DNA of 64,000 nt from Gammaproteobacteria bacterium (GTDB taxonomy: Bacteria; Pseudomonadota; Gammaproteobacteria; UBA4575): assembly GCA_965222615.1 (NCBI GenBank), contig CBDCUI010000007.1, positions 224,001 to 288,000 of the forward strand. Direction: 5' to 3'. The position numbers were made by a program, and so were the translations under genes. This document shows positions 20,369 to 31,446 of the stretch, one piece after another (the first letter of the stretch is position 1; each line of letters starts with the position of its first letter). The notes below the pieces were generated by a model that saw only the letters and a program-made list of their open reading frames with translations, did no database searches and had not been told where the DNA came from.

Positions 20369-21184
20369 ATGGAAATTAATAATATACTGCTAGAAAAACT
20401 CGTCAATCCAGTTTGTGAAATAGCCAAACAAGCTGGCACAGAAATCCTAAAAATCTATCAAGAAGGTTTTGAGATTGAAGAAAAAAAAGATAATTCCCCG
20501 CTAACTTCTGCCGACCTTGCATCGCACACGCTAATCATTGAGCGCTTGAAACAACTAACTCCTGAAATTCCCATTCTTTCGGAAGAATCAAGTTCAATAC
20601 CTTATGCAGAACGCGCGAGTTGGAACTGTTATTGGCTTATTGATCCACTTGATGGGACGCGTGAATTTATTAAAAGAAATGGTGAATTTACCGTAAATAT
20701 TGCCTTAATAACGAATCAAACGGCTGTACTAGGTGTGGTCTATATACCTGTGCAAGACATTACGTATTATGCATCCAGTGGTAATGGTGCCTATAAACAA
20801 ATCAATAATCAGGCAGCCATGAAAATTAGCACTCGACAATCTACACCTGGCAGCAAACCAACCATATGTGGTAGTCGTTCCCACGCTGGTGAATCATTAA
20901 AAGAACTGCTTGCACAAATTGGTGAGTACGAACTGATCAGCATGGGCAGTTCTATAAAAATGTGTCTGGTCGCGGAAGGCAAAGCGGATATCTACCCACG
21001 TTTTGGGCCCACTTCTGAATGGGATACGGCCGCTGCACATTGTGTCGTTGGTGAAGCTGGCGGTATGCTAGTAGATACTAAATTAGAAACTTTAAAATAT
21101 AACACTAAAGACTCGTTACTAAATCCATCTTTTATGGCCATTGGCGATATGAATACACAATGGCGTGAATTACTGTTGCGTTAA
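20369..21184 (+). CDS. cysQ: 3'(2'),5'-bisphosphate nucleotidase
   Basis: SPLTSAD, LSEE, WLIDPLDGTREF, GSSIK, PTSEWDTAAAH. Confidence 0.95.
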   Translation: MEINNILLEKLVNPVCEIAKQAGTEILKIYQEGFEIEEKKDNSPLTSADLASHTLIIERLKQLTPEIPILSEESSSIPYAERASWNCYWLIDPLDGTREFIKRNGEFTVNIALITNQTAVLGVVYIPVQDITYYASSGNGAYKQINNQAAMKISTRQSTPGSKPTICGSRSHAGESLKELLAQIGEYELISMGSSIKMCLVAEGKADIYPRFGPTSEWDTAAAHCVVGEAGGMLVDTKLETLKYNTKDSLLNPSFMAIGDMNTQWRELLLR

Positions 21185-21336
21185 TTACATTTACGAGAAT
21201 AGGTGCTTACAAACATAACTAGATTACTAGTTAAACACAAAGTTCGTGAAGACTTGGCACACAACCAACTATCCTAGTTGCCACTTAGAAATTGAGAAAA
21301 GGTAATTACAAAGCCAACCCTGTATCTCTTTTAACC

Positions 21337-21756
21337 TTAGAAGGATGGAAAACTTCCATCTAAAAACCAATTTTCAGCTTCTTCAAAATACCACCAATCT
21401 TGACTATCACGAATGGTCTTAACTTGATTTTGGGTTTCATAGTAATAAGAGATCTCCGCGTCAATCTTAGCCGTTTTATAATCTTCGTTAATCTGAGCAT
21501 GTTTAATTTTATAATCAACGATGCGTAGCTCTTTGTAATCATCAAGATTCACAGTAACGGGTGATTCATCTTTATGTCGTATCATATTTGCCGCCGCTTC
21601 ATATTCTTTCCAACGTAGTAATCTTCCATATAAGCGGGTTCTCTCGTCAAATGTATTTAATGTTTTCTGATTTTTCTGAGATGCACAACCACTTTGCAAT
21701 ACACAGGCTATACTTATGCATAGAATATTAATAATAATAGATTGATAGTTAAACAT
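21337..21756 (-). CDS. Hypothetical lipoprotein
   Basis: Signal peptide ending LQSGC (lipobox); Y...LRW and W..W pattern. Confidence 0.7.
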   Translation of the reverse strand: MFNYQSIIINILCISIACVLQSGCASQKNQKTLNTFDERTRLYGRLLRWKEYEAAANMIRHKDESPVTVNLDDYKELRIVDYKIKHAQINEDYKTAKIDAEISYYYETQNQVKTIRDSQDWWYFEEAENWFLDGSFPSF

Positions 21757-21808
21757 TATTTATCTTTATGAAACAGTTCTAACTATAGAAAAACCAAGTG
21801 GCTTAACT

Positions 21809-22825
21809 TTACCAACCGTGCAGTACAATTTTGCCTATTGCATGCTTGCCTTCAATTACCGCATGTGCAGCCTTCAGATTTTTAGCATTAATAGGTTCTA
21901 GTATCTCATTAATGGTTGTGTTCACTTTACCTTCATCAGCTAAAGCAGATACTCGATTCAATATATGATGCTGTTCAATCATATCATCGGTTTTATACAT
22001 AGAGCGGGTAAACATGAATTCCCAAGCAAAGGTTGCGCTTTTACTTTTAAGTGCACCTAAATCTACTTCCGCAGCAGTTTCAACGATAGAACAAATTTTT
22101 CCTTGCGGCGCAATGACACTTGCCATAGATTGCCAATGCCCATCTGTATCGTTGAGACACAAAATGTAGTCGTAGTTTTCTATACCCAGTTCATGCGCTT
22201 GCTCTGTAATGTCGAGATAGTGATTAATAATGTGGTCAACACTCAGTTCTTTACACCATTTTCGTGACTCTGGTCTTGAGGCAGTGGAGGTGACCGTGAG
22301 CTTAGCCACTTGTTTAGCAAATTGTGCCGCGATGGAACCAACTCCTCCAGCTCCACCTATAATTAATAACTGTTTATTACTATCGGCTCCAGAACTATCG
22401 ATTCCCAAACGATCAAATAATGCTTCCCAAGCGGTGATACTGGTAAGCGGTAAAGCAGCCGCTTCAGCAAAATTTAACTTTTGTGGTTTGTTCCCTACAA
22501 TACGCTCATCCACTGTATGCAGTTCACTATTACAGCCTGGCTGGACAAAACTTCCAGCATAAAACACTTCATCACCCGGACTAAATAATTCAACATTCGG
22601 GCCAACCGCTTCCACTATGCCTGCGGCATCCCAACCAAGAATTCTAGGACTTTCTTCCACTTTGTCTTGTGGTGCACGCATTTTCGTATCGACTGGGTTA
22701 ACCCCTACTGCATGTACCCTAACCAGTAATTCCCTATCCTTTGGACTAGGAGTTTCAATCTCAACATCTAACAATGATTCGGCATGACCAATAGGTAAAT
22801 ATTTATACAACCCGACTGCTTTCAA
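21809..22825 (-). CDS. Zinc-binding ADH family / quinone oxidoreductase-like protein
   Basis: VNPVDTK, LGWDAAG, AALPLTSITAWEALFDRL, IIGGAGGVGS, WEFMFTRSM. Confidence 0.9.
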   Translation of the reverse strand: MKAVGLYKYLPIGHAESLLDVEIETPSPKDRELLVRVHAVGVNPVDTKMRAPQDKVEESPRILGWDAAGIVEAVGPNVELFSPGDEVFYAGSFVQPGCNSELHTVDERIVGNKPQKLNFAEAAALPLTSITAWEALFDRLGIDSSGADSNKQLLIIGGAGGVGSIAAQFAKQVAKLTVTSTASRPESRKWCKELSVDHIINHYLDITEQAHELGIENYDYILCLNDTDGHWQSMASVIAPQGKICSIVETAAEVDLGALKSKSATFAWEFMFTRSMYKTDDMIEQHHILNRVSALADEGKVNTTINEILEPINAKNLKAAHAVIEGKHAIGKIVLHGW

Positions 22826-22968
22826 AGCTCTTCTCCATTTAATGTTAATGATATTAATTTTTTAGCATACAGTATTTCGTATGATATAAGCAGACACTCG
22901 CTACAATATTATTTCATATTATGAATCACCTCTAGCAGACGATAGAATATACACTTATCAAAAACCCA

Positions 22969-23586
22969 ATGGCCAATACGATGACTCAAATTGCATGTCA
23001 TGGATGTGACCTGCTTTTAAAGCTTCCACCAATTAAGGAAGGAGAGCGTGCATATTGCCCAAGATGTAACCATTTGCTTTGCTCTAATCCCACCAACGGT
23101 CTAGAACGCGCACTGGCCTTTGCTTCAGCAGGGATTGCCTTCTTGTACCTGGCAAATATTTTTCCATTTCTTGCATTTCATGCTAAAGGACGTCAGCAAG
23201 TAATGACGCTTTTACAAAGCTCCATAGAGTTATATCGCAATGGCAGTGAATTTCTAGCAGCTTTTGTATTGGTATTCATTATTATTGCACCCGCTTTATT
23301 ACTTTGCTGCATCATTTGGACACTTACACCATTAGTGTTCAAAGGCAAGCGCGCACCTTGGGCCTATTGGCTAGGTCGTCTTATCTTTCAAGCCTCGCCT
23401 TGGAGCATGGCTGAGATTTTTCTGATCGGTATTTTGGTAAGCTTAACAAAAATTGCTTCTTTAGCGACTGTGGTACTTGGGATTTCTTTCTGGGGATATA
23501 TCGGTTTTACACTCTGTTTTACCCTGGCTATGGCAAGTCTTGATAAACATCATTTTTGGAATGCATTAGATAAAGCTCGTACATGA
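22969..23586 (+). CDS. pqiA: Paraquat-inducible protein A (first of split pair)
   Basis: CHGCD...CPRC, ANIFPF, PWSMAEIF. Confidence 0.88.
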   Translation: MANTMTQIACHGCDLLLKLPPIKEGERAYCPRCNHLLCSNPTNGLERALAFASAGIAFLYLANIFPFLAFHAKGRQQVMTLLQSSIELYRNGSEFLAAFVLVFIIIAPALLLCCIIWTLTPLVFKGKRAPWAYWLGRLIFQASPWSMAEIFLIGILVSLTKIASLATVVLGISFWGYIGFTLCFTLAMASLDKHHFWNALDKART

Positions 23587-24191
23587 ATACTGCAGCAGCA
23601 ACCGGTCTCGCAAACTGTCAAGTATGTGGCAAACTTTCGGATACTAAACTAATACATTGCCCTCGTTGTAATTCTAGCTTATATCTAAGAAAGCCAAATA
23701 GTATTCAGCATGTAATAGCACTGTTGATTACCGCATGTATTTTATATGTGCCCGCTAATATATTGCCGATAACGACTACTACTCAATTAGGCCGTGAAAT
23801 TCAAAGTACTATTATCGGAGGAGTTATCCATTTATGGGAACTAGGTTCCCATCCAGTAGCTATAATTATATTCATTGCTAGCATTTTAGTACCAATTGCA
23901 AAAATTATTGCTTTATTTTGGCTATGTTGGAGTGTTGCTTATAAACATATACACAGACGCAAGGAGCGTACACTACTTTATCGCGTCACTGAGTTTGTTG
24001 GTCGTTGGTCTATGATAGATGTGTTTGTAGTTGCCATTCTAGTTGCCTTAATTCAGCTTGGAGGAATTTTAACAATACAACCTGGCGGTGCAGCTTTGGC
24101 ATTTGCTGCAGTGGTAATCATTACGATGTTTGCGGCATTCGCATTTGATCCAAGATTAATTTGGGATGCCGCAGAGCCTGGAAAAGTCTAG
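23583..24191 (+). CDS. pqiA: Paraquat-inducible protein A (second of split pair)
   Basis: CQVC...CPRC, PANILP, GRWSMIDVFVV, FDPRLIWD. Confidence 0.9.
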   Translation: MNTAAATGLANCQVCGKLSDTKLIHCPRCNSSLYLRKPNSIQHVIALLITACILYVPANILPITTTTQLGREIQSTIIGGVIHLWELGSHPVAIIIFIASILVPIAKIIALFWLCWSVAYKHIHRRKERTLLYRVTEFVGRWSMIDVFVVAILVALIQLGGILTIQPGGAALAFAAVVIITMFAAFAFDPRLIWDAAEPGKV

Positions 24192-24194
24192 CGA

Positions 24195-25835
24195 ATGTCC
24201 GAACATCCCGAAGCTGTAATAACTGCTCGACACAAGCTACCTGCAATATGGATTGTTCCAATTATTGCATTGCTTCTGGGAGCTTGGATGGTACTCAATC
24301 ATTACCTTACTCGAGGACCTGAAGTTTCGATTACTTTCTCAACCGCAGAAGGAATAGAGGCAGAAAAAACTAAAATCAAAGCCTTAAATGTTGATGTAGG
24401 TTTGGTGGAAAGCGTGCAATTAAATTCAAACCTTGAAGGCGTCACGGTAATTGCCCGTATTGAACGTGAAGCTGCCTCGTTATTGCGGGAAGACTCCAGC
24501 TTTTGGGTGGTACGCCCACGCATTGGCGCATCAGGTATCACTGGATTAAATACCCTATTATCAGGCGCATACATTGAACTAGCGCCGGGCAAAGGCAAAG
24601 AAGGTAAACGATATTTTCTAGGTCTAGAAGAAGCCCCGGTGACACCGATGACGACTCCAGGTCTGCATCTAACTTTAATAAGCGATGACGCAGGTTCCGT
24701 AAATACGGGAGATCCAGTCTTATATCGTGGCTATCGCGTTGGCCGTATAGAAAATACAAAATTTGATACCGTGTCGCAAAAACTACACGCAAATATTTTT
24801 ATTGAATCGCCTTATGACAACCTTGTTAACAGCAATACAAGATTTTGGAATAGCAGCGGGATTTCATTCAATGCTACTGCCAGCGGTGTCTCTCTACAAA
24901 CCAGTTCGATTGAATCTTTATTACTGGGGGGAGTAGCTTTTGATTTACCAAAAGGAGCAAACCCAGGCAATTCAGTTGATAATTACGAGCAATTTAAACT
25001 TTATCCAGATGCAAATAGTATTAATGAGCATCCTTTTCGACATTACATCGAGTATCTACTTTTGTTCGATAGCTCGGTTCGTGGATTAGTCGCAGGTGCT
25101 CCGGTTTTATATCGAGGTCTACAAATTGGTGCCGTCGTAGATGCCTCATTTAATTATTTACATATAGACATGGCTAGAACAGAAGGTCGTGCCGTGGATA
25201 TACCCGTGCTCATTCGCTTGGAACCTGGTAGGTGGCTAGGTGAAGATACTACACAAGCAAAAGCCAAAGCCATTGCTGATATACAGAAAAGTGTTATATC
25301 TGGAATGCGCGCAACATTAAAAACTGGCAGTCTGCTCACCGGCGCTTTATTAGTTTCATTAGATTTTTATGAAGATGTTGAACCAGCAAGCATAGGCAAA
25401 GCTGGCAAATACAATACCATTCCAACTATCTCTACAGGTTTAGAAGAGATACAAGTCAAAGTTACTGATTTGTTGGATAAATTAAATGAGTTACCATTGA
25501 CTACAGTTTTAAATGATATGGATGTGACCCTACAGCAAGTTGGACATACACTTACTGCAGCAAATAAAACTGTAAAAGATTTAAATAGTTTAATTGAAAG
25601 CAATGACACGCAGGATTTGCCTAAAACAATTAATACAACGCTGGATGAATTGAAATTAACCTTAAAGGGTTTGTCGCCTGATTCAGATCTTTATCAAGAC
25701 CTAAGCGATAGCGTAATTCAACTCAATGCTACTTTACGTAATATTGAACAACTCACTTATACAATTGACACAAGACCAAATTCGTTGTTTTTTTCTAAGC
25801 CTAAGCAAGAAGATTTGCAACCAAAGAATGAATAA
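24195..25835 (+). CDS. pqiB: Intermembrane transport protein PqiB (three MCE domains)
   Basis: IWIVP, FWVVRPR, TLLSGAYI, TRFWNSSG, SVRGL..GAPV.YRG. Confidence 0.93.
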   Translation: MSEHPEAVITARHKLPAIWIVPIIALLLGAWMVLNHYLTRGPEVSITFSTAEGIEAEKTKIKALNVDVGLVESVQLNSNLEGVTVIARIEREAASLLREDSSFWVVRPRIGASGITGLNTLLSGAYIELAPGKGKEGKRYFLGLEEAPVTPMTTPGLHLTLISDDAGSVNTGDPVLYRGYRVGRIENTKFDTVSQKLHANIFIESPYDNLVNSNTRFWNSSGISFNATASGVSLQTSSIESLLLGGVAFDLPKGANPGNSVDNYEQFKLYPDANSINEHPFRHYIEYLLLFDSSVRGLVAGAPVLYRGLQIGAVVDASFNYLHIDMARTEGRAVDIPVLIRLEPGRWLGEDTTQAKAKAIADIQKSVISGMRATLKTGSLLTGALLVSLDFYEDVEPASIGKAGKYNTIPTISTGLEEIQVKVTDLLDKLNELPLTTVLNDMDVTLQQVGHTLTAANKTVKDLNSLIESNDTQDLPKTINTTLDELKLTLKGLSPDSDLYQDLSDSVIQLNATLRNIEQLTYTIDTRPNSLFFSKPKQEDLQPKNE

Positions 25836-26430
25836 AAAAACCTTATTCTGTTTAATACTAGTAATTAATGCTTGCACTAGCGATTTGCCTAGGCAAGACA
25901 CTCAGTATTTTTTGTTAATACCCAATCTGCCAACAAACTCAAATAGCGAGTCTGTTACATTAGAAGATAATCCAGAAATAAAAATCCTCTTACAACCGAT
26001 TAAGATTGCAGAATTCTTAGATCAACCTGGCATAGTATTACAAACTGATGAGCATCAAATTGATGTCGCCCATTACCACCGCTGGGGCGAACCTCTCAAA
26101 CGTAATTTACATCGATATATATTAGAAACACTGGCTACACAGATGCCAAACTACACTTTCCGAAATAGTAGTAAATTTAATACTGCTGCTAATCTTAAGC
26201 ATTTGCAGATTACTATTAACCAGTTTAATGGAACTGCTGATGGTATAGCATTATTATCGGGCAACTGGAGATTAATAGATAGTCATTCAAAAACCAGTAC
26301 GATGCAAAAGTCATTCTCATATCGTGAAAAACTAGCATCCGAAGGATACCTTGCATTGGTTAAAGAACTTGCTGCTTTATTGGATCATCTATGTCTTGAT
26401 ATCGCTAACTTAATACAAGCAAAAAGCTAA
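25828..26430 (+). CDS. pqiC: PqiC family outer-membrane lipoprotein
   Basis: ATG 25828 overlapping the pqiB end, lipobox INAC, FLDQPGIV, HRWGEPL. Confidence 0.8.
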   Translation: MNKKTLFCLILVINACTSDLPRQDTQYFLLIPNLPTNSNSESVTLEDNPEIKILLQPIKIAEFLDQPGIVLQTDEHQIDVAHYHRWGEPLKRNLHRYILETLATQMPNYTFRNSSKFNTAANLKHLQITINQFNGTADGIALLSGNWRLIDSHSKTSTMQKSFSYREKLASEGYLALVKELAALLDHLCLDIANLIQAKS

Positions 26431-26648
26431 TATAAATTACGCATAAGAATTGAACATGCGCACTAAACCTGATTCCTGTCAGTATATTTTTCATACAACT
26501 CTTTATGAATTTTGAAATCTTGTCAAATATCAGGGATTTGTAAAGCTTGCGTAGTACAAATAAATTTATTTTATTTTTATGAAATATTTGTTACACAGTA
26601 TGATAAGCCTATTGCTCATTAACTATAACAATAATAGCGAGATTGTGA

Positions 26649-26882
26649 ATGGCTACCATCATTACTGTATTGCGCGGCCCAGCACTCAGTAGCACTTTTA
26701 AATCTAATTCTTCTTGTATCCCTGAAAACACAGTCTACGAACGCGATGCACTTATTATTTTAGAAAATGACAAAATAACTGAATTTGGGCCTGCTGAAAA
26801 TCTCAGCAAAAAAATTCCTCAAGGTACTCATATTAAAACTCACAGTAATTGCAGATTTATAAAAACGGTCATCAATTCATAA
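26649..26882 (+). pseudogene. guaD: N-terminal fragment of guanine deaminase
   Basis: LRGPAL...YERDALIILENDKITEFGPA..L...P resembles the GuaD N-terminus; stops where PGFIDxHxH should start. Confidence 0.55.
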
Positions 26883-26919
26883 AATGAGCAATTATTCCTT
26901 TTTAAATTAAACTGAGTAA

Positions 26920-28023
26920 GGCAGATTCTAGATCCAAGTGCACCACTAACTTAAGTGGCAGGACATGAATTCTTATCCAAGTAAAATGAGGTTTTCGAGA
27001 TCTTATTTTAGCAGGAGGGATTCATGTCCTACGTACATGTTAGCGCAAAAGAACGTCATACATTAATGTATTTGTTGCATCTTCGTTTCAGTTATCGAGA
27101 GATTGGACGTCGATTAGGCCGTCATCACAGCACCATCTCAAGAGAAGTCAAACGTAATGGTCGCAGGTCTGGTTGGAGTTATTGGGATGAATACGCGCAG
27201 TGCCAAGCGCAACAGCGTAAACGTCAGCCTCGTCATCGGAGAAGACGAGATCATCAAACACTCTATAACAAGGTCATCGCGTACTTACGCCAAGGCTGGT
27301 CCCCGGATGCCATCAGTGGCTGGTTGCGCAGACATTACAAGAAGCGTTCTCGCGTACAGGTCTGCACAGAAACGATTTATCAGTGGATCTATTGTGATGC
27401 CCAAACAGGCGGCACGTTATATCACTATTTAGCCTCGCAGCATAAGAAGCGCAAACGACAGCCTTTGAATAGGCTCAAAACGATCGGCATTTCACATCGA
27501 GTAGGGATTGAACATCGTCCTGATCATATTGAAAAAAGACAACGACTAGGCCATTGGGAAGGCGATACGGTGGAAGGGGCCAAAGGCTGTGGCGGTGTGG
27601 TGACCTTAGTCGAACGTAAAAGCCGGTTTCTTCTTGCAGGTTTGCTTAAAGACAAACAAGCCCTCACCTTTAGTCAAGTTTCACAACAAGCACTTAAAAA
27701 CATTCCAAGTACACTATGCAAAACATTGACCTTGGACAATGGGAAAGAAAATGTCCTGCATCAACAAATCAGCCAATCAAAAAAGATGAAGATCTATTTC
27801 ACCGATCCGTATTCACCTTGGCAACGCGGTACCAATGAACAAACCAATGGTTTATTGAGAAGAACCTTTCCTAAAGGAACTGATTTTCGTAAAGTATCTA
27901 AACAACAACTTAAAAAAGCCGTTAAACGCATTAATCAACGACCTCGTAAAATACTCAACTACTTAACACCTGAGGAAGTTTTTATGAATGCCGTGAATGG
28001 TGCACTTTGAATTGGAACTCGCC
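26920..28023 (+). mobile_element. IS30 family insertion sequence (1104 bp)
   Basis: 26-bp terminal IRs GGCAGATTCTAGATCCAAGTGCACCA (26920-26945) and reverse complement of 27998-28023 (19/26 identical); TAA on both flanks (26917-19, 28024-26). Confidence 0.9.
27024..28010 (+). CDS. IS30 family transposase
   Basis: LGRHHSTISREVKRN HTH, GHWEGDTV, TLDNGKE, PYSPWQRGTNEQTNGLLR, INQRPRKIL. Confidence 0.96.
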   Translation: MSYVHVSAKERHTLMYLLHLRFSYREIGRRLGRHHSTISREVKRNGRRSGWSYWDEYAQCQAQQRKRQPRHRRRRDHQTLYNKVIAYLRQGWSPDAISGWLRRHYKKRSRVQVCTETIYQWIYCDAQTGGTLYHYLASQHKKRKRQPLNRLKTIGISHRVGIEHRPDHIEKRQRLGHWEGDTVEGAKGCGGVVTLVERKSRFLLAGLLKDKQALTFSQVSQQALKNIPSTLCKTLTLDNGKENVLHQQISQSKKMKIYFTDPYSPWQRGTNEQTNGLLRRTFPKGTDFRKVSKQQLKKAVKRINQRPRKILNYLTPEEVFMNAVNGAL

Positions 28024-28040
28024 TAATAACATAGTATCAC

Positions 28041-29078
28041 TTAGTCAATTTCTATCTCTGCCACTGGAACTCCATGATCGGATACGATTCGATTAGATTC
28101 GTGCGCTGTTAGTGACCAATCTAATAAGTGGTCATTATAAATATGCTGATAAGTCACTTTCCCCATGCACTTTGGGTTGCGATGATAAAATTCTTGCGAA
28201 ACTAATATATGATCGAGTACATCTCTTCGGCCTCGATGAATATGGGTATAACCAAAATCTTTTAAGTCTTGTCGCGTTTGAATCGTGTTAGTGCTATACA
28301 AGAGTACATCCCAATATTTTCGTTTAATTTTTGACGTCCAACGAAAATCTGGGTGTTGTCCCGTTACAATCTGAGTACTGGTACTCTCGACAACATCATT
28401 AAGATCGCCTAATACGATTAAAGGTTGCCGAGTCTTTTTAATATCTTTTACGATCATTGCACGTAACGCAGTTGCCTCTATGCTACGTATGAGTTGTGCA
28501 CGCAGCGTACCCAGCGCTTGGTGAAACGGATTTTCAGAACTTTCATCTTCTTTATAAATCGGCCGCTTAGACTTCAAATGAGCCACATATACAACTACAA
28601 CAATATCTGTTTCAGGAAGTCGTATTTCAGCACGAATGGGAGGACGCTCAAATTGAGACAGAGGTACATCGATTAGCTGTTCTGAGCCATCTGGTAATTT
28701 ACTGGGAATTTGAAATTCCACTTTGTCTGGAAATTTTCTTATCGATTCGTAGCGCAAAATTTTAAATCTCGAGACCAGTCCCACTCTGGGTCGCACTGCC
28801 TTGCCTTCAAGTTCATTTTCTTCTGCTGTAGCCCCCGGTGATAGTACTTCTGCTGTGTTCGAAAAACTTTTAGCCTTAAAGATCGCTTGTTTTAAACTCG
28901 ATTCATGAAATACTTCTTGAAAACCAACAATATCTGGCTGAGATTGCTCTAACCTTTCGGCAATCCAGGTCAATTTTTCTTCATGCTCTTCAGCAGTAAA
29001 AGGCTTCTGTTCATAGAAACGTATTCCTGGACGAACTAAATTCAACAAATTAAAAGACGCTACGCGAAATATCATCAA
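28041..29078 (-). CDS. Endonuclease/exonuclease/phosphatase family protein
   Basis: [34 protein letters not shown]; overlaps the ppsA stop. Confidence 0.9.
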   Translation of the reverse strand: MMIFRVASFNLLNLVRPGIRFYEQKPFTAEEHEEKLTWIAERLEQSQPDIVGFQEVFHESSLKQAIFKAKSFSNTAEVLSPGATAEENELEGKAVRPRVGLVSRFKILRYESIRKFPDKVEFQIPSKLPDGSEQLIDVPLSQFERPPIRAEIRLPETDIVVVVYVAHLKSKRPIYKEDESSENPFHQALGTLRAQLIRSIEATALRAMIVKDIKKTRQPLIVLGDLNDVVESTSTQIVTGQHPDFRWTSKIKRKYWDVLLYSTNTIQTRQDLKDFGYTHIHRGRRDVLDHILVSQEFYHRNPKCMGKVTYQHIYNDHLLDWSLTAHESNRIVSDHGVPVAEIEID

Positions 29079-31432
29079 TGTTTAGCCAGGTATATCCATG
29101 TGCTTAATACTGAATCAGGATTCAAAGACATACTGTCGATACCCTGATCGATCAACCAACGCGCCAAATCCGGATGGTCAGAAGGACCTTGTCCACAAAT
29201 ACCAACGTACTTATTCGCTTTTTTACAAGCACGTATCGCCATACTGATTAACTCTTTAACTGCTACATTGCGCTCATCAAACTTTTCGGCAACAAGTGCT
29301 GAATCGCGATCTAAGCCAAGCGCCATCTGAGTAAGGTCATTTGAGCCTATTGAAAAACCATCAAAATATTCTAAAAATTGATCTGCTAGCAACGCATTGG
29401 AAGGAATTTCGCACATCATGATTACTTTTAGATCATTTTCTCCACGAGCAAGTCCATATTTTTGCATAAGCTCAGTAACCTGACTTGCTTCTTCCAGTGT
29501 GCGTACAAACGGCACCATGACTTGCACATTGCTTAATCCCATTTCGTCACGTACTTTGCGTAGCGCTTTACATTCCATCTCAAAACAAGGGGCAAACATC
29601 TCAGATAAATAACGTGATGCGCCCCGATAACCAATCATTGGATTTTCTTCTTTTGGTTCATATAAATTGCCACCGAGTAAATTGGCATACTCATTCGATT
29701 TAAAATCAGACAAACGCACAATCACTGGCTTATCTTCAAAAGCCACTGCAAGTGTGGCAATGCCTTCTGTCAACCTAGTGATATAAAAAGACTCTGGGTC
29801 AGAGTAAGCAACAATACGTTCCTCAATTGATGATTTAACAGTGTCAGGCATAGAATCAAAATCAATTAAGGCACGAGGATGGATACCGATCATTTTGTTA
29901 ATTACAAATTCCAATCGCGCCAACCCTATTCCTTCGTTAGGGATACTTGAAAATGAGAAAGCCCGTTCAGGGTTACCTACATTAAGCATAATCTTACAAG
30001 GTATATCCGGCATTTTATTTAACTGAATTCGATCAATATCAAACTCAAGCTGACCTTTATACACATAACCAGTATCACCATCGGCACAAGATACTGTGAC
30101 ATCTTGTTGATGTTGTATAACAGATGTTGCATCTTCACAACCTACGATGGCCGGCACACCTAATTCACGTGCGATAATTGCTGCATGGCAGGTACGTCCA
30201 CCGCGATTGGTTACAATAGCCGAAGCGCGTTGCATTACGGGCTCCCAATCGGGATCAGTCATGTCTGTAACTAACACTTCTCCAGCTTGTAATTGCTCAA
30301 TTTCTTGTAACGAGGGAACGATACGTGCTCGTCCAACACCAATTCGTTGTCCTATACTTCTTCCTGTAGTAATCACTTCTGTTTTTTCTGCTAAAGAATA
30401 TTTTTCTATGAAATTTTGATCACGACTTTGTACAGTTTCTGGACGTGCTTGAACGATATAGAGTCGTTGATCAACACCATCTTTAGCCCATTCGATGTCC
30501 ATGGGACGTTGATAGTGCTCCTCTATCAACATAGCGATCCTTGCGAGTGACTCTACCTCTGTGTCTGAAATACAAAACTTATTTCGTTGATTTGCAGCAA
30601 CATCAGCATTATCAACACCACTGCCATTCGCGTTAAAAACCATTTTATGCAGCTTACTTCCACAATTACGTCTAATAACTGCAGGTTGATTTCGCTGTAA
30701 GGCTTTTTTTGATACGTAAAATTCATCTGGATTCACCTGCCCCTGAACGATCGTTTCCCCAAGGCCATAACTAGCGGTGATAAATACCACATCGCGAAAT
30801 CCAGATTCAGTATCTAAGGTAAACAACACGCCACTAGAGGCCAAATCACTACGCACCATTTGCTGAATACCAGCCGATAGTGAAACTTCGGCATGATCAA
30901 AGCCCTTGTGCACTCGATATGCAATGGCCCTATCATTGAATAATGAGGCAAATACTTTTTGCACTGCAGCCAATACTTCCTCTATGCCACATACGTTTAG
31001 GTAACTTTCCTGCTGTCCCGCAAACGATGCTTCGGGCAGATCCTCAGCTGTAGCCGAGGAACGTACCGCAACTGCAACTCCGGGACGAATATAGTTTTCC
31101 ATCTTTTGATAGGAGGTTTTTATTGCACTTTGTAATTCGCTCGGTAATGTAGCATTTAATATCCAGCTACGAATTTTCTTACCGGTATTAACAAGCTGTG
31201 TAATGTCATCAATATCTAGATTCTCAAGCTTGTCAGCTATTTTTGTTTGTAAATCATTCTCAGTAAGAAATAACTGAAATGCATTAGACGTTGTTGCAAA
31301 TCCACCTGGCACAGATACACCAACCGAGCTAAGATGTTGAATCATTTCACCAAGAGATGCATTCTTACCGCCAACTTCGGGTAAATCTTGGGAACTAAGA
31401 TCAGCCAAGTTAATTGTGTAATGTCTCATCAT
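29075..31432 (-). CDS. ppsA: Phosphoenolpyruvate synthase
   Basis: [47 protein letters not shown]. Confidence 0.97.
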   Translation of the reverse strand: MMRHYTINLADLSSQDLPEVGGKNASLGEMIQHLSSVGVSVPGGFATTSNAFQLFLTENDLQTKIADKLENLDIDDITQLVNTGKKIRSWILNATLPSELQSAIKTSYQKMENYIRPGVAVAVRSSATAEDLPEASFAGQQESYLNVCGIEEVLAAVQKVFASLFNDRAIAYRVHKGFDHAEVSLSAGIQQMVRSDLASSGVLFTLDTESGFRDVVFITASYGLGETIVQGQVNPDEFYVSKKALQRNQPAVIRRNCGSKLHKMVFNANGSGVDNADVAANQRNKFCISDTEVESLARIAMLIEEHYQRPMDIEWAKDGVDQRLYIVQARPETVQSRDQNFIEKYSLAEKTEVITTGRSIGQRIGVGRARIVPSLQEIEQLQAGEVLVTDMTDPDWEPVMQRASAIVTNRGGRTCHAAIIARELGVPAIVGCEDATSVIQHQQDVTVSCADGDTGYVYKGQLEFDIDRIQLNKMPDIPCKIMLNVGNPERAFSFSSIPNEGIGLARLEFVINKMIGIHPRALIDFDSMPDTVKSSIEERIVAYSDPESFYITRLTEGIATLAVAFEDKPVIVRLSDFKSNEYANLLGGNLYEPKEENPMIGYRGASRYLSEMFAPCFEMECKALRKVRDEMGLSNVQVMVPFVRTLEEASQVTELMQKYGLARGENDLKVIMMCEIPSNALLADQFLEYFDGFSIGSNDLTQMALGLDRDSALVAEKFDERNVAVKELISMAIRACKKANKYVGICGQGPSDHPDLARWLIDQGIDSMSLNPDSVLSTWIYLAKH

Positions 31433-31446
31433 ACAAGAAAGTTTAT

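Noticed and set aside
25726-25827. ORF-track 5' extensions of pqiC (and likewise algH 1842, metX 14824, ppsR 31414, tetR 34297, 37530, 55996, 58696)
   Set aside because: Extensions overlap neighbours or operators; internal ATGs fit RBS and family N-termini better
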